From: Anaerolinea sp.
Lineage (GTDB): Bacteria > Chloroflexota > Anaerolineae > SpSt-313
DNA: 57,967 bases
NCBI GenBank assembly: GCA_020725765.1
Contig: DYEI01000123.1
Span: 1 to 57,967, forward strand
Direction of reading: 5' to 3'
Position 1 is the stretch's first letter, and every line of letters begins with the position of its first letter. Positions 36,754-47,581 of the stretch are shown piece by piece. The notes under the pieces are model-generated. The model was not told where the DNA came from. It saw only the letters and a list, made by a program, of their open reading frames with translations, and made no database searches. Position numbers and translations under genes: made by a program.

Positions 36754-39738
36754 CTAGAACCCCTCAAGGCGGCTGAGGTCGGCTATCCCCTTTGGCAGCG
36801 CCGAGATGCTCTGCAGCAAGGCCAGGCGATTCGCACGCACGTCCGGCTCCTCGGTCATCACAAGGATCTTGTCAAAGAACCGCGTTATGGGCTCGACCAG
36901 CTCCCTCAGGGCGCGGACGAGCACCGCGACCTCCGGCCGCGCCGAGACCATCTCGGCAGCCTTCCGGTAGCCCTCATACAGCGCCCTCTCCTCCGGCTCC
37001 GTGAAGCGCCGCGGCTGCATCTCATACCGGGTCTCCAGGTCACGGGTGATCCGCACGGCCCGTGCGTAGGCCACCAAGATGCGGCCCCAATCTTCCTCGC
37101 GGACCGCCTCCTGCAGCGTTCTGGCCGAACGCGCCGCTCTAAGGGGGTCATCCCCTTGCTCGGCCAGCACGGCGTCGACCACGTCGTAGCGCAGCCCTTC
37201 ATCCAGCAAAAAGCCTCGCAGCCGCTGCTGCAAGAAGGACAGGACCTCCCCGCGCACCTCTGGCTCCACAGTCACCGGCTGCACGCTCGCTGCAGCATCC
37301 ACGGCCCCGCGAAGGGAGAGCGACACCTCTCGACCCAGCAGAATCTGCACAATCCCCAGCGCAGCTCGCCGGAGCGCATAAGGATCCGACGATCCGGTGG
37401 GCGCCAACCCCACGGCGAAGAGCCCCACGAGGCTGTCGAACCTGTCCGCCAGGGCGAGAACCATCCCCGGGCCGCTCTCGGGCAGCCGGTCGCCAAGCCC
37501 CCGAGGCAGGTAGTGCTCCTCGATAGCCCGGGCTACGGGCTCCAGCTCCCCCGAGTGCCGGGCATAGTGCCCGCCCATCACCCCCTGCAGGGAGGTATGC
37601 TCAACAACCATCTTGGTCGCGAGGTCTGCCTTGCACAGGAAGGCCGCCCTCTGCGCTGCGACCATCTCCGCTGCGCTCAGCCCTACTAGCCGCGCGAGGA
37701 CGGGCACGAGCCGTTCCAGGCGGTGCGTCTTGTCCAGCATGGACCCGAGGTCCGCCTGGAAGGTGAGCGTCTCGAGCCGCGGCACAAAGTCGGCCAGGGA
37801 CTGCGAACGGTCGGACCGGTAAAAGTAGGCCGCATCAGCGTACCTCGCGCGCAGTACATCCTCGTTGCCGTGTCGCACGGCCGCCCAGTCCAGGTCCCTG
37901 CCGTTGGCGACCGCGAGAAAGGCGGGCAGCAGGTGCCCACCATCCGCGACCGGGAAGTAACGCTGATGCTCCTTCATCACCGAGATGAGCACCGGCTCCG
38001 GAAGGTGCAGGTACTCCTCGGCAAAGCTGCCTCGCAGCACCGTGGGCCACTCGACCATGTTAGCCACCTCGGCGAGCAGGTCGGCGTCCTCAACCATCTG
38101 CCCGCCGATCTCCCCAGCCAGCCCTCGCCCCTGTTCGAGGATGGCCGCCTGCCGCTCCTCAGGGCTCAGCATGATGCCCTGCTCGCGCATGATCCCCTCA
38201 TAGGTCTCTGCCGAGGGGATCAGTACCTCCGGGGATCCCGCCGGCCGGATGCCCCGGGACGCCCTGCCCGAGGTCACACCGGCAAAGGTGCACGGCACCG
38301 TCGCCTCCCCAAGCATCGCCACGAGCCAGCGGATCGGCCGGGAGAAGGCGACGCCCGTCCCGTTCCAGCGCATCGTCAGCGGAAAACGGAGTTGGCCCAG
38401 CAACTGCGCGACCGCCGGCCCGAGGACCTCCGTCGCCGGCAGTCCGTGCTCGGTGTGCACTGCAACCACGTACTCTCGCCCCTCGAAGCTGCGCACCTGC
38501 AGCGCCTCAACCGGGACCCCGTTGTTGCGCGCAAAGCCCAGCGCGGCCTGCGTAGCCCGCCCCTGCTCATCGAAGGCGACCCTCGCGGGAGGCCCCTTGA
38601 TGACGCGCTCGCTATCCGGTTGCAGCGGAGCAACACCCGACACGCTCACCACCAGACGGCGCGGCGTGCCCATGACCCGCACCTCTCCATGCTCCAGGCG
38701 CGTGTCTCTGAGGACCTCCGGGACCACCCTCTTGAGCTGGTCAATCGCCAACGCAAGGTCCCCTGCTGGCAACTCTTCCGTGCCGACCTCAAGCAGGAAG
38801 GTGCGAGGCTCCTTCGGAGCCTGGGCCGCTACCGGTTTCTGCACCGGCTGCAGCCGCGCTCCGCCGAAACCGCGCGCCGCCAGCGGATAGCCCATTTCGG
38901 CCCGCTGCGCCAGGTACGTCTGCGCCACCTCCTGGGCCAGATCGCGCATGCGCGCGAAAAAGCTTGCGCGCTCGGTCACGCCAACGGCGCCGCGCGCATC
39001 CAGCACATTGAACACGTGCGAGCAGAGGAGCACATAGTCGTAGGCAGGCAGAACCAGGCCCGAGTCCAGTGCGTTCCGTGCCTCGGCCTCGAAGAGGTCG
39101 TACATCTCCCGCAGCCGAGCGATGCTGGCCGCCTCAAAGTTGTAGCGACACTGCTCCACCTCGCCACGGAAGAGCACATCGCCGTAGGTGACCCCGTCGA
39201 GCCACTGGATGTCCTGAAAGACCGGCACATCCTGCAACGCCATGACGATGCGCTCAAGCCCGTAGGTGATCTCCACCGACACAGGGGAGAGGTCAACGCC
39301 ACCCGCCTGCTGGAAGTAGGTGTACTGCGTGATCTCCTGCCCGTTGAGCCAGACTTCCCAGCCCAGGCCCCAGGCGCCAAGGGCCGGCTGCTGCCAGTTG
39401 TCCTCGACAAACCGAATGTCGTGGCGGGCCGGATCTATACCCAGGGCACGCAGGCTATCCAGATACAGCTCGAGCGGATTGCCCGGGTCGGGCTTCAGAA
39501 TCACCTGGAACTGGTAGTACTGGCCCCAGCGGTTCGGGTTCTCACCATACCGCCCGTCCGCCGGCCGCACGGAAGGCTCGACGTAGGCAACCCGCCACGG
39601 CTCAGGGCCCAGCACACGCAGGAATGTTCCCGGGTTCATCGTTCCCGCGCCGACTTTGACGTTGTGCGGCTGCCAGATGATGCAGCCCTGCTCCGCCCAG
39701 TATTGCTGCAGGCGCATGATAGCTTCTTGAAAGTTCAT
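36754..39738 (-). CDS. glyQS: Glycine--tRNA ligase, fused alpha-beta chain
   Basis: 994 aa. The N-terminus [19 protein letters not shown]...[17 protein letters not shown] matches GlyQ, and it continues without a stop into a GlyS-like ~700-aa region. Confidence 0.92.
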   Translation of the reverse strand: MNFQEAIMRLQQYWAEQGCIIWQPHNVKVGAGTMNPGTFLRVLGPEPWRVAYVEPSVRPADGRYGENPNRWGQYYQFQVILKPDPGNPLELYLDSLRALGIDPARHDIRFVEDNWQQPALGAWGLGWEVWLNGQEITQYTYFQQAGGVDLSPVSVEITYGLERIVMALQDVPVFQDIQWLDGVTYGDVLFRGEVEQCRYNFEAASIARLREMYDLFEAEARNALDSGLVLPAYDYVLLCSHVFNVLDARGAVGVTERASFFARMRDLAQEVAQTYLAQRAEMGYPLAARGFGGARLQPVQKPVAAQAPKEPRTFLLEVGTEELPAGDLALAIDQLKRVVPEVLRDTRLEHGEVRVMGTPRRLVVSVSGVAPLQPDSERVIKGPPARVAFDEQGRATQAALGFARNNGVPVEALQVRSFEGREYVVAVHTEHGLPATEVLGPAVAQLLGQLRFPLTMRWNGTGVAFSRPIRWLVAMLGEATVPCTFAGVTSGRASRGIRPAGSPEVLIPSAETYEGIMREQGIMLSPEERQAAILEQGRGLAGEIGGQMVEDADLLAEVANMVEWPTVLRGSFAEEYLHLPEPVLISVMKEHQRYFPVADGGHLLPAFLAVANGRDLDWAAVRHGNEDVLRARYADAAYFYRSDRSQSLADFVPRLETLTFQADLGSMLDKTHRLERLVPVLARLVGLSAAEMVAAQRAAFLCKADLATKMVVEHTSLQGVMGGHYARHSGELEPVARAIEEHYLPRGLGDRLPESGPGMVLALADRFDSLVGLFAVGLAPTGSSDPYALRRAALGIVQILLGREVSLSLRGAVDAAASVQPVTVEPEVRGEVLSFLQQRLRGFLLDEGLRYDVVDAVLAEQGDDPLRAARSARTLQEAVREEDWGRILVAYARAVRITRDLETRYEMQPRRFTEPEERALYEGYRKAAEMVSARPEVAVLVRALRELVEPITRFFDKILVMTEEPDVRANRLALLQSISALPKGIADLSRLEGF

Positions 39739-39825
39739 CCGACGGTCACTCCCTCTACGGCCGGTTCAGGGGGCTTGGCCCGGCCGCAAGAATGCACGAC
39801 AATCTACTACTGTCCCCAGGCTCCG

Positions 39826-40599
39826 TCAAGTGCCCGGAGTGCCACCATGCACGCGGCTCAGAAAACCCAGGGTCTTGAGGTTGCGCTCGATGATCCACAC
39901 CAGGTAGCGCTGAAGCGCTATCTGCAGCTCGCGGTCCGTCTCCGGTCGCAGCCGCAGGCCCGAGATCGCGCCCAAGTCGTTCCCCTGCAGGTAGCGCAGC
40001 ACCTTGAAGGCATTGAGAGATAGCCTCAGAAGCCCGGGGACGCCCTCGCCGCACCGCGGGCAGCGGACGCCCCCTTCAGAGAAGCTGAAGTACACGGCTG
40101 TTGGCTCATGCTTTACCCCGCAGGTCACGCACCGCTGCAGCTCCGGCCGGTAGCCGGCACAGTCCAGGAGATGCAGCTCAAAGAAGCGCATGAGCAGCAC
40201 CGGCTGGTCGCCCGATGACAGGCGTCGGAGCGTCTCGGCCACGAGCGCGTACAGAGCCTGGCTCTCACCCCCCTCTTCGGCCAGGGCATCCACAAGCTCG
40301 GCCATGTAGAAGGCGTACCCCATGCGACCCAGGTCGCTACGCAGACCGGGGTAGACCTCAATCGCCTCCGCCTGTGTGACAATATCCAGGTCGCGACCCC
40401 GGGCGAGCAGGAACTGGGTGCGCATAAAGGGCTCAACATGGCCAGCCTTGCGGCTCGGGAGCTTGCGCACTCCCTTGGCAAGGACGCGAAGCTTGCCGAA
40501 CTCGGGCGTGATGAGGACGAGAAGCCGGTCCGCCTCCCCAAAGTCGTTGCGCTTGAGGACGATCCCCTCCGTCCGATACAGCCGTTCTCTATTCGGCAT
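39826..40599 (-). CDS. recO: DNA repair protein RecO
   Basis: The N-terminal OB-fold segment EGIVLKR.DFGEADR....T...GK and the C-terminal CxxC..CxxC zinc motif (CVTCG...CPRCG). Confidence 0.88.
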   Translation of the reverse strand: MPNRERLYRTEGIVLKRNDFGEADRLLVLITPEFGKLRVLAKGVRKLPSRKAGHVEPFMRTQFLLARGRDLDIVTQAEAIEVYPGLRSDLGRMGYAFYMAELVDALAEEGGESQALYALVAETLRRLSSGDQPVLLMRFFELHLLDCAGYRPELQRCVTCGVKHEPTAVYFSFSEGGVRCPRCGEGVPGLLRLSLNAFKVLRYLQGNDLGAISGLRLRPETDRELQIALQRYLVWIIERNLKTLGFLSRVHGGTPGT

Positions 40600-40670
40600 G
40601 GCCTTCCCCAACAACAAAGCCAGCCGCGCGTGGCTGGCTCGACAGGCCCAGGCCCCTGCGGCCCAACGGC

Positions 40671-41381
40671 TCAGGACTCACCACCGTGCTCCGTCCATGC
40701 CGCCCTGCGCTGCCTGTAGTATGCCAGGAGCGCCTCCGCCTCCTCTGGAGCCAGCTCGCGCACACCACCGAGCTGCCGCGCCCCCAGCAGCACCAGGGCG
40801 GCGTGCTCCACTTTCTCGAGCTTGAGGTAAGCCTCGAACGCACTCCGTCCAACGGTCAGAGTGCCATGATGGTCGAGCAGCAAAGCGTCATGGCCACGGA
40901 TCAACTCACGGACCACGACGGCACCTTCCGCACTCGACGGCCTCGCGTACTGCGCCGTCGGAACCCCGCCCAGGGTTACCAGCACTTCCGGCAGGACGGG
41001 CTGCATCAGCGACACTCCCGCCACTGTGCAGGCAGTCGCCACCGGCGGATGCGCGTGCACCACCGCCAGAACGTCCGGGCGCTCACGGTACACCGCACAG
41101 TGCATCCGCAGCTCCGACGAGGGCCGTAGTCCCGCTGCCGACGGCGCCGGTGAAGCCAACACCCCGCTGAGATCGGTGAGGACGAGCTGATCCTCCCGCA
41201 GGAAGCCCTTGCTCAAGCCGGAGGGAGTCGCGAGCATCCTGTCGGGTCCCAGCCGCACCGACACATTCCCGTCGGTAGCGGCCACATACCCTCGCTTCCA
41301 CAGCAATCTGCACACGCGCACGATCTCCTCGCGCGCCTGTGCCTCCGTCGGCCACAGCTCGCAGGACCCTGGCTGCGTCAC
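40671..41381 (-). CDS. Class II aldolase/adducin family protein
   Basis: The GTG start at 41381 follows GGGGAGGAG and a TTGCAT-17-TATACT promoter. Motifs: TDGN.SVR, SSE..MH, and VVHAHPP. Confidence 0.8.
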   Translation of the reverse strand: MTQPGSCELWPTEAQAREEIVRVCRLLWKRGYVAATDGNVSVRLGPDRMLATPSGLSKGFLREDQLVLTDLSGVLASPAPSAAGLRPSSELRMHCAVYRERPDVLAVVHAHPPVATACTVAGVSLMQPVLPEVLVTLGGVPTAQYARPSSAEGAVVVRELIRGHDALLLDHHGTLTVGRSAFEAYLKLEKVEHAALVLLGARQLGGVRELAPEEAEALLAYYRQRRAAWTEHGGES

Positions 41382-41434
41382 CCGTCTCCTCCCCAATCGG
41401 GCCCGGTGCCGCGTGGCACGGCGGCACGCGACCC

Positions 41435-41463
41435 AGTATACCTGCGCCTGGAGCAGAATGCAA
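41435..41463 (-). promoter_or_regulatory. Candidate promoter for the aldolase gene
   Basis: On the minus strand: TTGCAT, 17-bp spacer, TATACT. Confidence 0.5.
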
Positions 41464-41529
41464 CCAATCGATATGCCCATCTGGGGCATCGGCCCCGGCG
41501 CGGCAAGCGGTTGAGCGCCTCTTTCCGCG

Positions 41530-42216
41530 CTACGCCATCCCCTGCAGAATCTGGATACTGGCGCTGGTCCCGAGGCGGTTGGCGCCCGCATCGAGCATTT
41601 CCCGGGCAGCGGCATAGGTACGTATGCCCCCAGCAGCTTTGACACCAACCTGCGGCCCAACCGTTGCCCGCATGAGCGCCACATCGGCGGCTGTAGCGCC
41701 GCCCGGTCCAAAGCCCGTCGAGGTCTTGACAAAGTCGGCCCCTGCGCTGACTGCGCGCCGGCACGCCTCGATCTTTTCCGCATCGGTGAGGAAGCCCGTC
41801 TCGAGAATCACCTTGAGCAACGCCCCCTTTGCGTGACAGACCTCCACAACGGCACGGATATCCTCCTCGACCGCCTCCAGGTCCCCGGCCTTGAGCGCGC
41901 CGATGTTCAGCACCATGTCTATCTCACGCGCCCCGTCGAGGATCGCCCGCTGCGCCTCGTATGCCTTGACCAGGCTCGTGTTGGCACCCAGCGGAAACCC
42001 TGCAACCGTGCCGACGCACACTCCGGACCCCTCAAGCAGCCTGCTGGCCAGCGGAACATAGCACGGGTTGACACACACCGAGGCGAACCCGTACATCCGC
42101 GCCTCGGAGCAGAGGCTCCGAACCTGCTCCGGCGTGGCATCGGCCTTCAGAAGGGTATGGTCGATCACCGCTGCCAGCTTTTTTTGCTCATCGGTCAGAC
42201 GCTCTGCCGTCGCCAT
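41530..42216 (-). CDS. deoC: Deoxyribose-phosphate aldolase
   Basis: IDHTLLK, VCV.P, and the KVILET...FVKTSTGF Schiff-base Lys region. Confidence 0.92.
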   Translation of the reverse strand: MATAERLTDEQKKLAAVIDHTLLKADATPEQVRSLCSEARMYGFASVCVNPCYVPLASRLLEGSGVCVGTVAGFPLGANTSLVKAYEAQRAILDGAREIDMVLNIGALKAGDLEAVEEDIRAVVEVCHAKGALLKVILETGFLTDAEKIEACRRAVSAGADFVKTSTGFGPGGATAADVALMRATVGPQVGVKAAGGIRTYAAAREMLDAGANRLGTSASIQILQGMA

Positions 42217-42273
42217 GCCTGCCCCTCCTCCTCTCTCCGGAACTCTTACAGAGGCCGGCGCCCGGGCGCCGCC

Positions 42274-43578
42274 TCAGCCAAGGCTCGGCAGAAAGATGCG
42301 GAGCACCGCCCGGTACGCCTGGTTGATGGCCAGCAGGTCACCGCTCCAGCCGCCGAGGGCATAGACCGTCGTGCCCAGCGAGTTCTCTACTGACGCCACC
42401 CCCAGATTCCGCCACCGTCCGAGCACGGGGCTTGGGAAAGGCCGCCACAGGTCGCCCATCACATCATAGCTCTCGTTGTAGGCGAGGTTGCCGTTCCAGC
42501 CACCGCCAACGGCATAGAGGCGCGTCCCTACCACCACAAGGCCAAGCCCGCCCCTCCCCTGAGACATGGCTGCCACCGTCCGCCAGGGCGACTCGCCGCT
42601 CCCCTCAAGCGCGGGATCGTACACCTCGCACGTAGCGAGCTCGTTGACTCCGTCGTATCCGCCCGCCACAAAGATTCGCCCATCGAAGCTCGCCGCTGCT
42701 GCAAAGCCCCGCGGCCTCCCCAGCGGCGTGCCATAGCTCCAGGCATCCTCCTCCGGGTCATAGATCAGCACATCAGCAACGTACCTGCTCCCGTCCCACC
42801 CCCCGAAGAGATAGAGACGGCCTCCGCTCGCCGCCAGCGCGTAGCCACAGCGAGGAGCCGGCAAGGGGGACGCACTTCGCCACGAGTCGCTCTCCGGCGC
42901 GTAGACCTCCACTGCGGCGACCACCCGGCCGTCGCGGTCATAGCCCCCCGGCACATAGACCTCATCGCCGATCACGGCCGCAGCGACGTTGGCCACCGCC
43001 GTCGGCTTGCGCGCACCGACGTGCCAGGTATCCTCCGACGGCTCGTAGATGTCGACGGAGTCGGTCGTGCCCGCCCGCGTCTCGCCAGCGATCACATAGA
43101 TGCGCTGACCCAAGGCCACACAGCCGAACCGGCCCCGCGCCTCCGGCAGCGGGGCCCGGGCAGCCCAACGCTGCACAGTACCCGGGTCGGCTGGCACCCC
43201 CGCGGGTGCCCGGTCGCTCAGAGCGTCCTCTTGCGAGGAAAGGCGCGACGCGGGCGCAGACCAGAAGGCCAGCGATAGCGCACCGCCCAACGCAGCAACC
43301 AGAAACCCCCGGCGCCCCCAAGAGAGGGGCGGACGTCGTCCAGTCCGGTCGATCGCCCCGGCCGGCGCAGCGCCGGGCACTTCCACCCAACCCCTTTGGA
43401 TAGCGACGACCGTCGCCTCCGTACGCGACTGGACGCCTATCTTGGCAAAGATGTTGCGGAGGTGAACTTTGACCGTATGGGGGCTGATCATCAGGCGCAG
43501 AGCGATCTCGTTGTTGGTCACTCCTGTCGCAACAAGCCGCAGGATCTCCAACTCCCGCTCGCTGAGCGCTTCCTCCAT
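42274..43578 (-). CDS. LuxR-family HTH regulator with TM segment and Kelch-repeat beta-propeller
   Basis: N-terminal LSERELEILRLVATG.TNNEIA..L.IS..TVKVHL.NI..K, then a hydrophobic segment (GFLVAALGGALSLAFW), then about six Kelch-like blades (repeated GG.DG....v..YDP..d.W). An alternative TTG start lies at 43614. Confidence 0.75.
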   Translation of the reverse strand: MEEALSERELEILRLVATGVTNNEIALRLMISPHTVKVHLRNIFAKIGVQSRTEATVVAIQRGWVEVPGAAPAGAIDRTGRRPPLSWGRRGFLVAALGGALSLAFWSAPASRLSSQEDALSDRAPAGVPADPGTVQRWAARAPLPEARGRFGCVALGQRIYVIAGETRAGTTDSVDIYEPSEDTWHVGARKPTAVANVAAAVIGDEVYVPGGYDRDGRVVAAVEVYAPESDSWRSASPLPAPRCGYALAASGGRLYLFGGWDGSRYVADVLIYDPEEDAWSYGTPLGRPRGFAAAASFDGRIFVAGGYDGVNELATCEVYDPALEGSGESPWRTVAAMSQGRGGLGLVVVGTRLYAVGGGWNGNLAYNESYDVMGDLWRPFPSPVLGRWRNLGVASVENSLGTTVYALGGWSGDLLAINQAYRAVLRIFLPSLG

Positions 43579-43603
43579 CGCATCCTCCACGCCAGCCTCC
43601 GAC

Positions 43604-45736
43604 CTAGCCCACAAGCGGTCGCCATTCTACCGCGGCAGAAGAGGAGGAGCAAGGGCACACCCACATCCCGGGCACCGCCTCTGTGCCAGACCCGGCGACC
43701 TCACGCGACGGCCGGACGCGGTAGAGCGTCCCGCTCAGCCGCTCCCGGTCACCGTAGAGCGGCACGGTAAGCTTCCGAACTGGTTCGAGCCGGCCTTCGA
43801 CCGCCAGGGACGTGACGAGTGCCGCGTGCTCGTTCCCATCGTCAATGATGTATACCGGCCTTCCCGCCTGCTCCATAGCCCGGAAGAAGGTCTCGAGCTC
43901 CCTCCGCGACCAATCTCCCGGCCGAAAGCACTCCCGGTCCGCACAGAGCTCGACCGAACCGCTGTTGAGGCTCGTCCCGATGACCGCGTCCTCCTCAGTG
44001 ATCTCCCCGAGCAAGGCGAACGCGCGCCGCTCCTCAGCCGAAAGGTACCCAAAGGTCTGCTCACAATCCCGCAGTGGCCACTCCAGCATGATCCCCACCC
44101 GCAGGGTCAGTGCCAGGGCCATCGCCAGGGCCGCACACCCCGGGGCCCAGCTCGGCTGTGCGTTGGCACGAAGCCAGGCCAGGAACGCGGCCCCGCCGTA
44201 GGCCGAAAACAGTGCCAGGGGTGGCACCACCGCGAGGAGGTCCCGCCAGCGCAGCGGGCCGTAGAGGAACTGGGTTCCGGCATTCAGCAGAATCCAGAGG
44301 CCCAGGACCGTCGCTGCCCTCCGGTTCTCCTTCCACAGGCGCCACGCGCCGTATGCCAATAGCGGCACGAGCAGGCCAAACTCCGCGCGCCCCCCTGCTG
44401 CCGCGGCCATTCGCACCGCATTCGTCCACCAGTACCGTACCCCGATGAGGCAGAGCTCCGGAGACTCTGGCCGCCACGGGCTGCCAAAGGCGACTGCATG
44501 GTACCAGAGGTCGGGCAGCGCCATGAGACAGGCCCCCGCCGCCGCAGCAGCGAGTAGCCCGAGCGCCCCCCTGAGCGCCCCTTTCCGCCACAGGGCGACC
44601 GCCACCACCGGTGCCAGGAACACCTGCGTGTGGCGAATATCGTAGGCAACGCCCAGTGCCATCCCCGCAAGCAGCGCCTCAGGCCACGACGCCCTCCTCC
44701 CGGCGCGAAGCGCCAGCCACACGGCCAGCACGGAGAACAGCTGCGCGGGCACGTCCGCCATGGGCACGAGAAGCTGCAGCACCTGCTCCTGCGACGTAGC
44801 CAGGATCAGCGCCCCAAGCGCCAACCCCAGCCAGCGGTTCGGTCCGCGCTGCTCGGGCCAAGCCTCCCAGGCCAGGCCTGCCAGAGAGAGCAGCACAAGG
44901 AGCCCCATCAGCGGCGCCCACACGTACAGGCCGACCTCGCCAAGCAAGAGGTACCCCACGGCGAGAAGCGCCGGCCAGCCGACAGGCCACACCGTCGCCG
45001 AGATTCCGCCATCTCCCGGAGGATAGTACCCCACGTGTACGATCGGCCACCAGGGAATCCCCAGCTCACTCACTGCCGGGAAAAGCGTGAACACGTGCCT
45101 TGGATCGTGGTGCCGGGCGATATCCACGGCCATCTGCGCGTAGCAGTAGGGGTCGCTGCCGGTGACCCCATGGGTGCGTCCACCAAGGTACTCGGCCAGC
45201 GCCCACACCCCGGTGAAAGCCAGCAGCAGGAGCGGCGCCGGGCGGGCTGCTCTTCCCGCCACCCTGTGCGGCCAGAAGCGCTCGGCCTGTATCAGCAACG
45301 TATAGCCCGCGGCGGCCACGCAGCAGACACGCAGCAGCGTATACCCCTCGGCCGCCGGGAGCAGATGCAGCCCCAGCAGGAGCCCTGCTCCGTATGGTAC
45401 GACCAGCGGGGTCAAGGCCGTTGCGTCGACACCGCGACGGCGCCAGAGCGCCCCCAGTTGCGGCAGGAGCAGTGCCGCCGCCGATATCAGGCCGAGCGGT
45501 ACGGCCTGCTCATAGCTCCTGCCCCAGATGCGCCAGAGATAGGCCAGGCCCATGCCATGCCCCAGAACCAGCGCTGCCTGCGCCCATGCGCCACCGATCG
45601 CGCTCTGGCCCGCATCATACCAGAGCGTCCCCTGCAAGAGCGCCCTCAGCGCCCGGGCCGGGCTGGTCCGCCAGGCCTGCACCGCCAGGGCCACCAGCAC
45701 CGCCGGCCACGCCACAACGAGCAAGAGCTTGGCCAA
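43604..45736 (-). CDS. Large polytopic membrane protein, possibly a GT-C (ArnT/PMT-like) glycosyltransferase
   Basis: 710 aa with many hydrophobic helices and a ~150-aa soluble C-terminal domain. TTG start after GAAGGAG. The function is inferred from architecture only. Confidence 0.45.
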   Translation of the reverse strand: MAKLLLVVAWPAVLVALAVQAWRTSPARALRALLQGTLWYDAGQSAIGGAWAQAALVLGHGMGLAYLWRIWGRSYEQAVPLGLISAAALLLPQLGALWRRRGVDATALTPLVVPYGAGLLLGLHLLPAAEGYTLLRVCCVAAAGYTLLIQAERFWPHRVAGRAARPAPLLLLAFTGVWALAEYLGGRTHGVTGSDPYCYAQMAVDIARHHDPRHVFTLFPAVSELGIPWWPIVHVGYYPPGDGGISATVWPVGWPALLAVGYLLLGEVGLYVWAPLMGLLVLLSLAGLAWEAWPEQRGPNRWLGLALGALILATSQEQVLQLLVPMADVPAQLFSVLAVWLALRAGRRASWPEALLAGMALGVAYDIRHTQVFLAPVVAVALWRKGALRGALGLLAAAAAGACLMALPDLWYHAVAFGSPWRPESPELCLIGVRYWWTNAVRMAAAAGGRAEFGLLVPLLAYGAWRLWKENRRAATVLGLWILLNAGTQFLYGPLRWRDLLAVVPPLALFSAYGGAAFLAWLRANAQPSWAPGCAALAMALALTLRVGIMLEWPLRDCEQTFGYLSAEERRAFALLGEITEEDAVIGTSLNSGSVELCADRECFRPGDWSRRELETFFRAMEQAGRPVYIIDDGNEHAALVTSLAVEGRLEPVRKLTVPLYGDRERLSGTLYRVRPSREVAGSGTEAVPGMWVCPCSSSSAAVEWRPLVG

Positions 45737-45745
45737 CTTGCTCCT

Positions 45746-46765
45746 TCAGCAGGTCAAGAGTCGCGTAAACTCGTCCTGGTCAAAGCGTGGCAGCGACGTT
45801 TCCACGCCGCCATCAATCAACCGCAGCCCTTCGCCGCGGGGCACTGCGGCACCGATCTCGGCCCAGCGAATGCCCTCCCGCTCATAGGCCGCTCCCAGGG
45901 CAGGCACGCTGCGCGCGTCAACGGCCACCAACAGCGATCCCGAGGCGATCAGACCGAGCGGGTTCAGGCCCAGTTCGTCACACAGACGCTGGCAGGCGGG
46001 CAGCACTGGAATCTGATCCCGGTACACGCGCAGGCCCACGCCCGAGGCCCACGCGAGCTCGTGCAGGCCAGTCGCCAGACCTCCCTCCGTTGGGTCGTGC
46101 ATGGCATGGACGTCTGCGTGCTCGATCGCCAGGCGGGCCGCCCGCACCACACTGATGCCCGGCTCATCCAGGTAGTGCCGCGCCTCGGCCAGAGTAGCCT
46201 CCTCGATGCCCAGGGACTGGAGCGCTTCCCCGCACTCCCTGGCGATCAGCGCCGCCCCCTCTACCGCGATTGCGCCAGCCAGGACGATAGAATCTCCGAC
46301 ACGGGCCCCGCTGCTCACCAGTCTGTCGCGGCTCACCTCGCCCAGCATGTGCCCGACGACGATCGGCCGCTCGAGACCATAGGTGACCTCGGTGTGCCCA
46401 CCAACCACCGAGATCCCCAGGCCCTCGCACGCCGCACGGACCTGCCCCATGATGGCCTGGGCATCGGCAAAGCCAGCCTTGCCCTCCGGCAGGAGTAGGG
46501 TAACAAGCATCCACCTCGGCGCCGCCCCAGTCGTCGCCACGTCATTGGCGTTCACGTGCACGGCATACCAGCCGATGCGATCGGTCGCAAAGGTAATAGG
46601 GTCGCTCTTGGCCACCAGGAGGCGGTCGCCCATATCGATCACGGCCGCGTCCCTGCCCACGCCCGCTCCGGCGACTACCCGCAGGTCGCGTATCGGGCAC
46701 TCCTTCAGCAACTCGGCGAGCATCTCCAGGGACAGTTTTCCAGTGGGCAACCGGTCCGCGGCCAT
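45746..46765 (-). CDS. AIR synthase-related (PurM/HypE/ThiL-like) protein
   Basis: GRDAAVID...AKSDPITF...A.NDVA..GA.P and GGHTE motifs. Confidence 0.75.
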   Translation of the reverse strand: MAADRLPTGKLSLEMLAELLKECPIRDLRVVAGAGVGRDAAVIDMGDRLLVAKSDPITFATDRIGWYAVHVNANDVATTGAAPRWMLVTLLLPEGKAGFADAQAIMGQVRAACEGLGISVVGGHTEVTYGLERPIVVGHMLGEVSRDRLVSSGARVGDSIVLAGAIAVEGAALIARECGEALQSLGIEEATLAEARHYLDEPGISVVRAARLAIEHADVHAMHDPTEGGLATGLHELAWASGVGLRVYRDQIPVLPACQRLCDELGLNPLGLIASGSLLVAVDARSVPALGAAYEREGIRWAEIGAAVPRGEGLRLIDGGVETSLPRFDQDEFTRLLTC

Positions 46766-46864
46766 GTGCGCCTCACCTGCTCATCACGATCGGGAAAGGG
46801 GACCTTGACAGGAGCGGAATATGCCATGGGAGGCCTGCCATGTCAATGGCGGCAGACAGGGTTC

Positions 46865-47581
46865 CTACAGACCGAACACCGGCCCATCGCGGCAAACGAG
46901 GAGTCCGTCACCCCGGTCACAGGAGCCACACACACCGATCCCGCAGCGCATGTACGCCTCATAGCTAGCCTCGCCGGGCACCCCATACAGCCGGCACAAG
47001 GCTGCGACCCGCTCCAGCATCGGCACCGGACCGCAAGCGTACACGCGGTCGCACCCCCCATTGGCCAGCAGGCGCTCCGCAACCGACACCACGAGCCCCC
47101 GCTCCCCTGCGCTGCCATCCTCGGTGGTGATCCACAGGCGCGCTCCGGCCGCCTGGTATCGCTCCACCAGAAGCAACTCGTCGGCGGAGCGCGCCCCGAG
47201 GGCCACCGTCACCTCACGGCCAGTCTCGGCGAGCCGGCTCGCGAGGAAGGCGAGCGGAGCAGCCCCGCTGCCGCCCGCCACCAGGAGCGGCCGCTTCCCA
47301 TCCAACGAGAAGCCCCGGCCCAGCGGCCCCCGCACATACAGTGGATCGCCGGGCTGCAACCGCTGGAGTCGGCCGGTAACCGGTCCGACCGGCACCACGG
47401 CCAGCGTCAGGGGGCTGTCCGCAACCAGGCTGAAGGGCTTTTCGTCCATCCGTGGTACCCAGAGCATGACGAACTGGCCGGGCCGCGCGGAAAGCGGGAC
47501 ATCTGAGACGATCGTAACACCCCTATGGCCGGCTGGCTCAACCCGGACCACCCTTCCGGTGAGATGCACGCTAGGCGCCAT
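46865..47581 (-). CDS. pyrK: Dihydroorotate dehydrogenase electron-transfer subunit
   Basis: 238 aa with an FNR-like fold and the C-terminal 2Fe-2S motif C.(x)CGIGVCGSC. It overlaps pyrD. Confidence 0.85.
   Translation of the reverse strand: MAPSVHLTGRVVRVEPAGHRGVTIVSDVPLSARPGQFVMLWVPRMDEKPFSLVADSPLTLAVVPVGPVTGRLQRLQPGDPLYVRGPLGRGFSLDGKRPLLVAGGSGAAPLAFLASRLAETGREVTVALGARSADELLLVERYQAAGARLWITTEDGSAGERGLVVSVAERLLANGGCDRVYACGPVPMLERVAALCRLYGVPGEASYEAYMRCGIGVCGSCDRGDGLLVCRDGPVFGL

Noticed and set aside
39739-39825. A T-box leader upstream of glyQS, which is common in Firmicutes.
   Set aside because: The gap after recO is 87 nt. It has no GGUGGUACCGCG core, no specifier architecture and no terminator.
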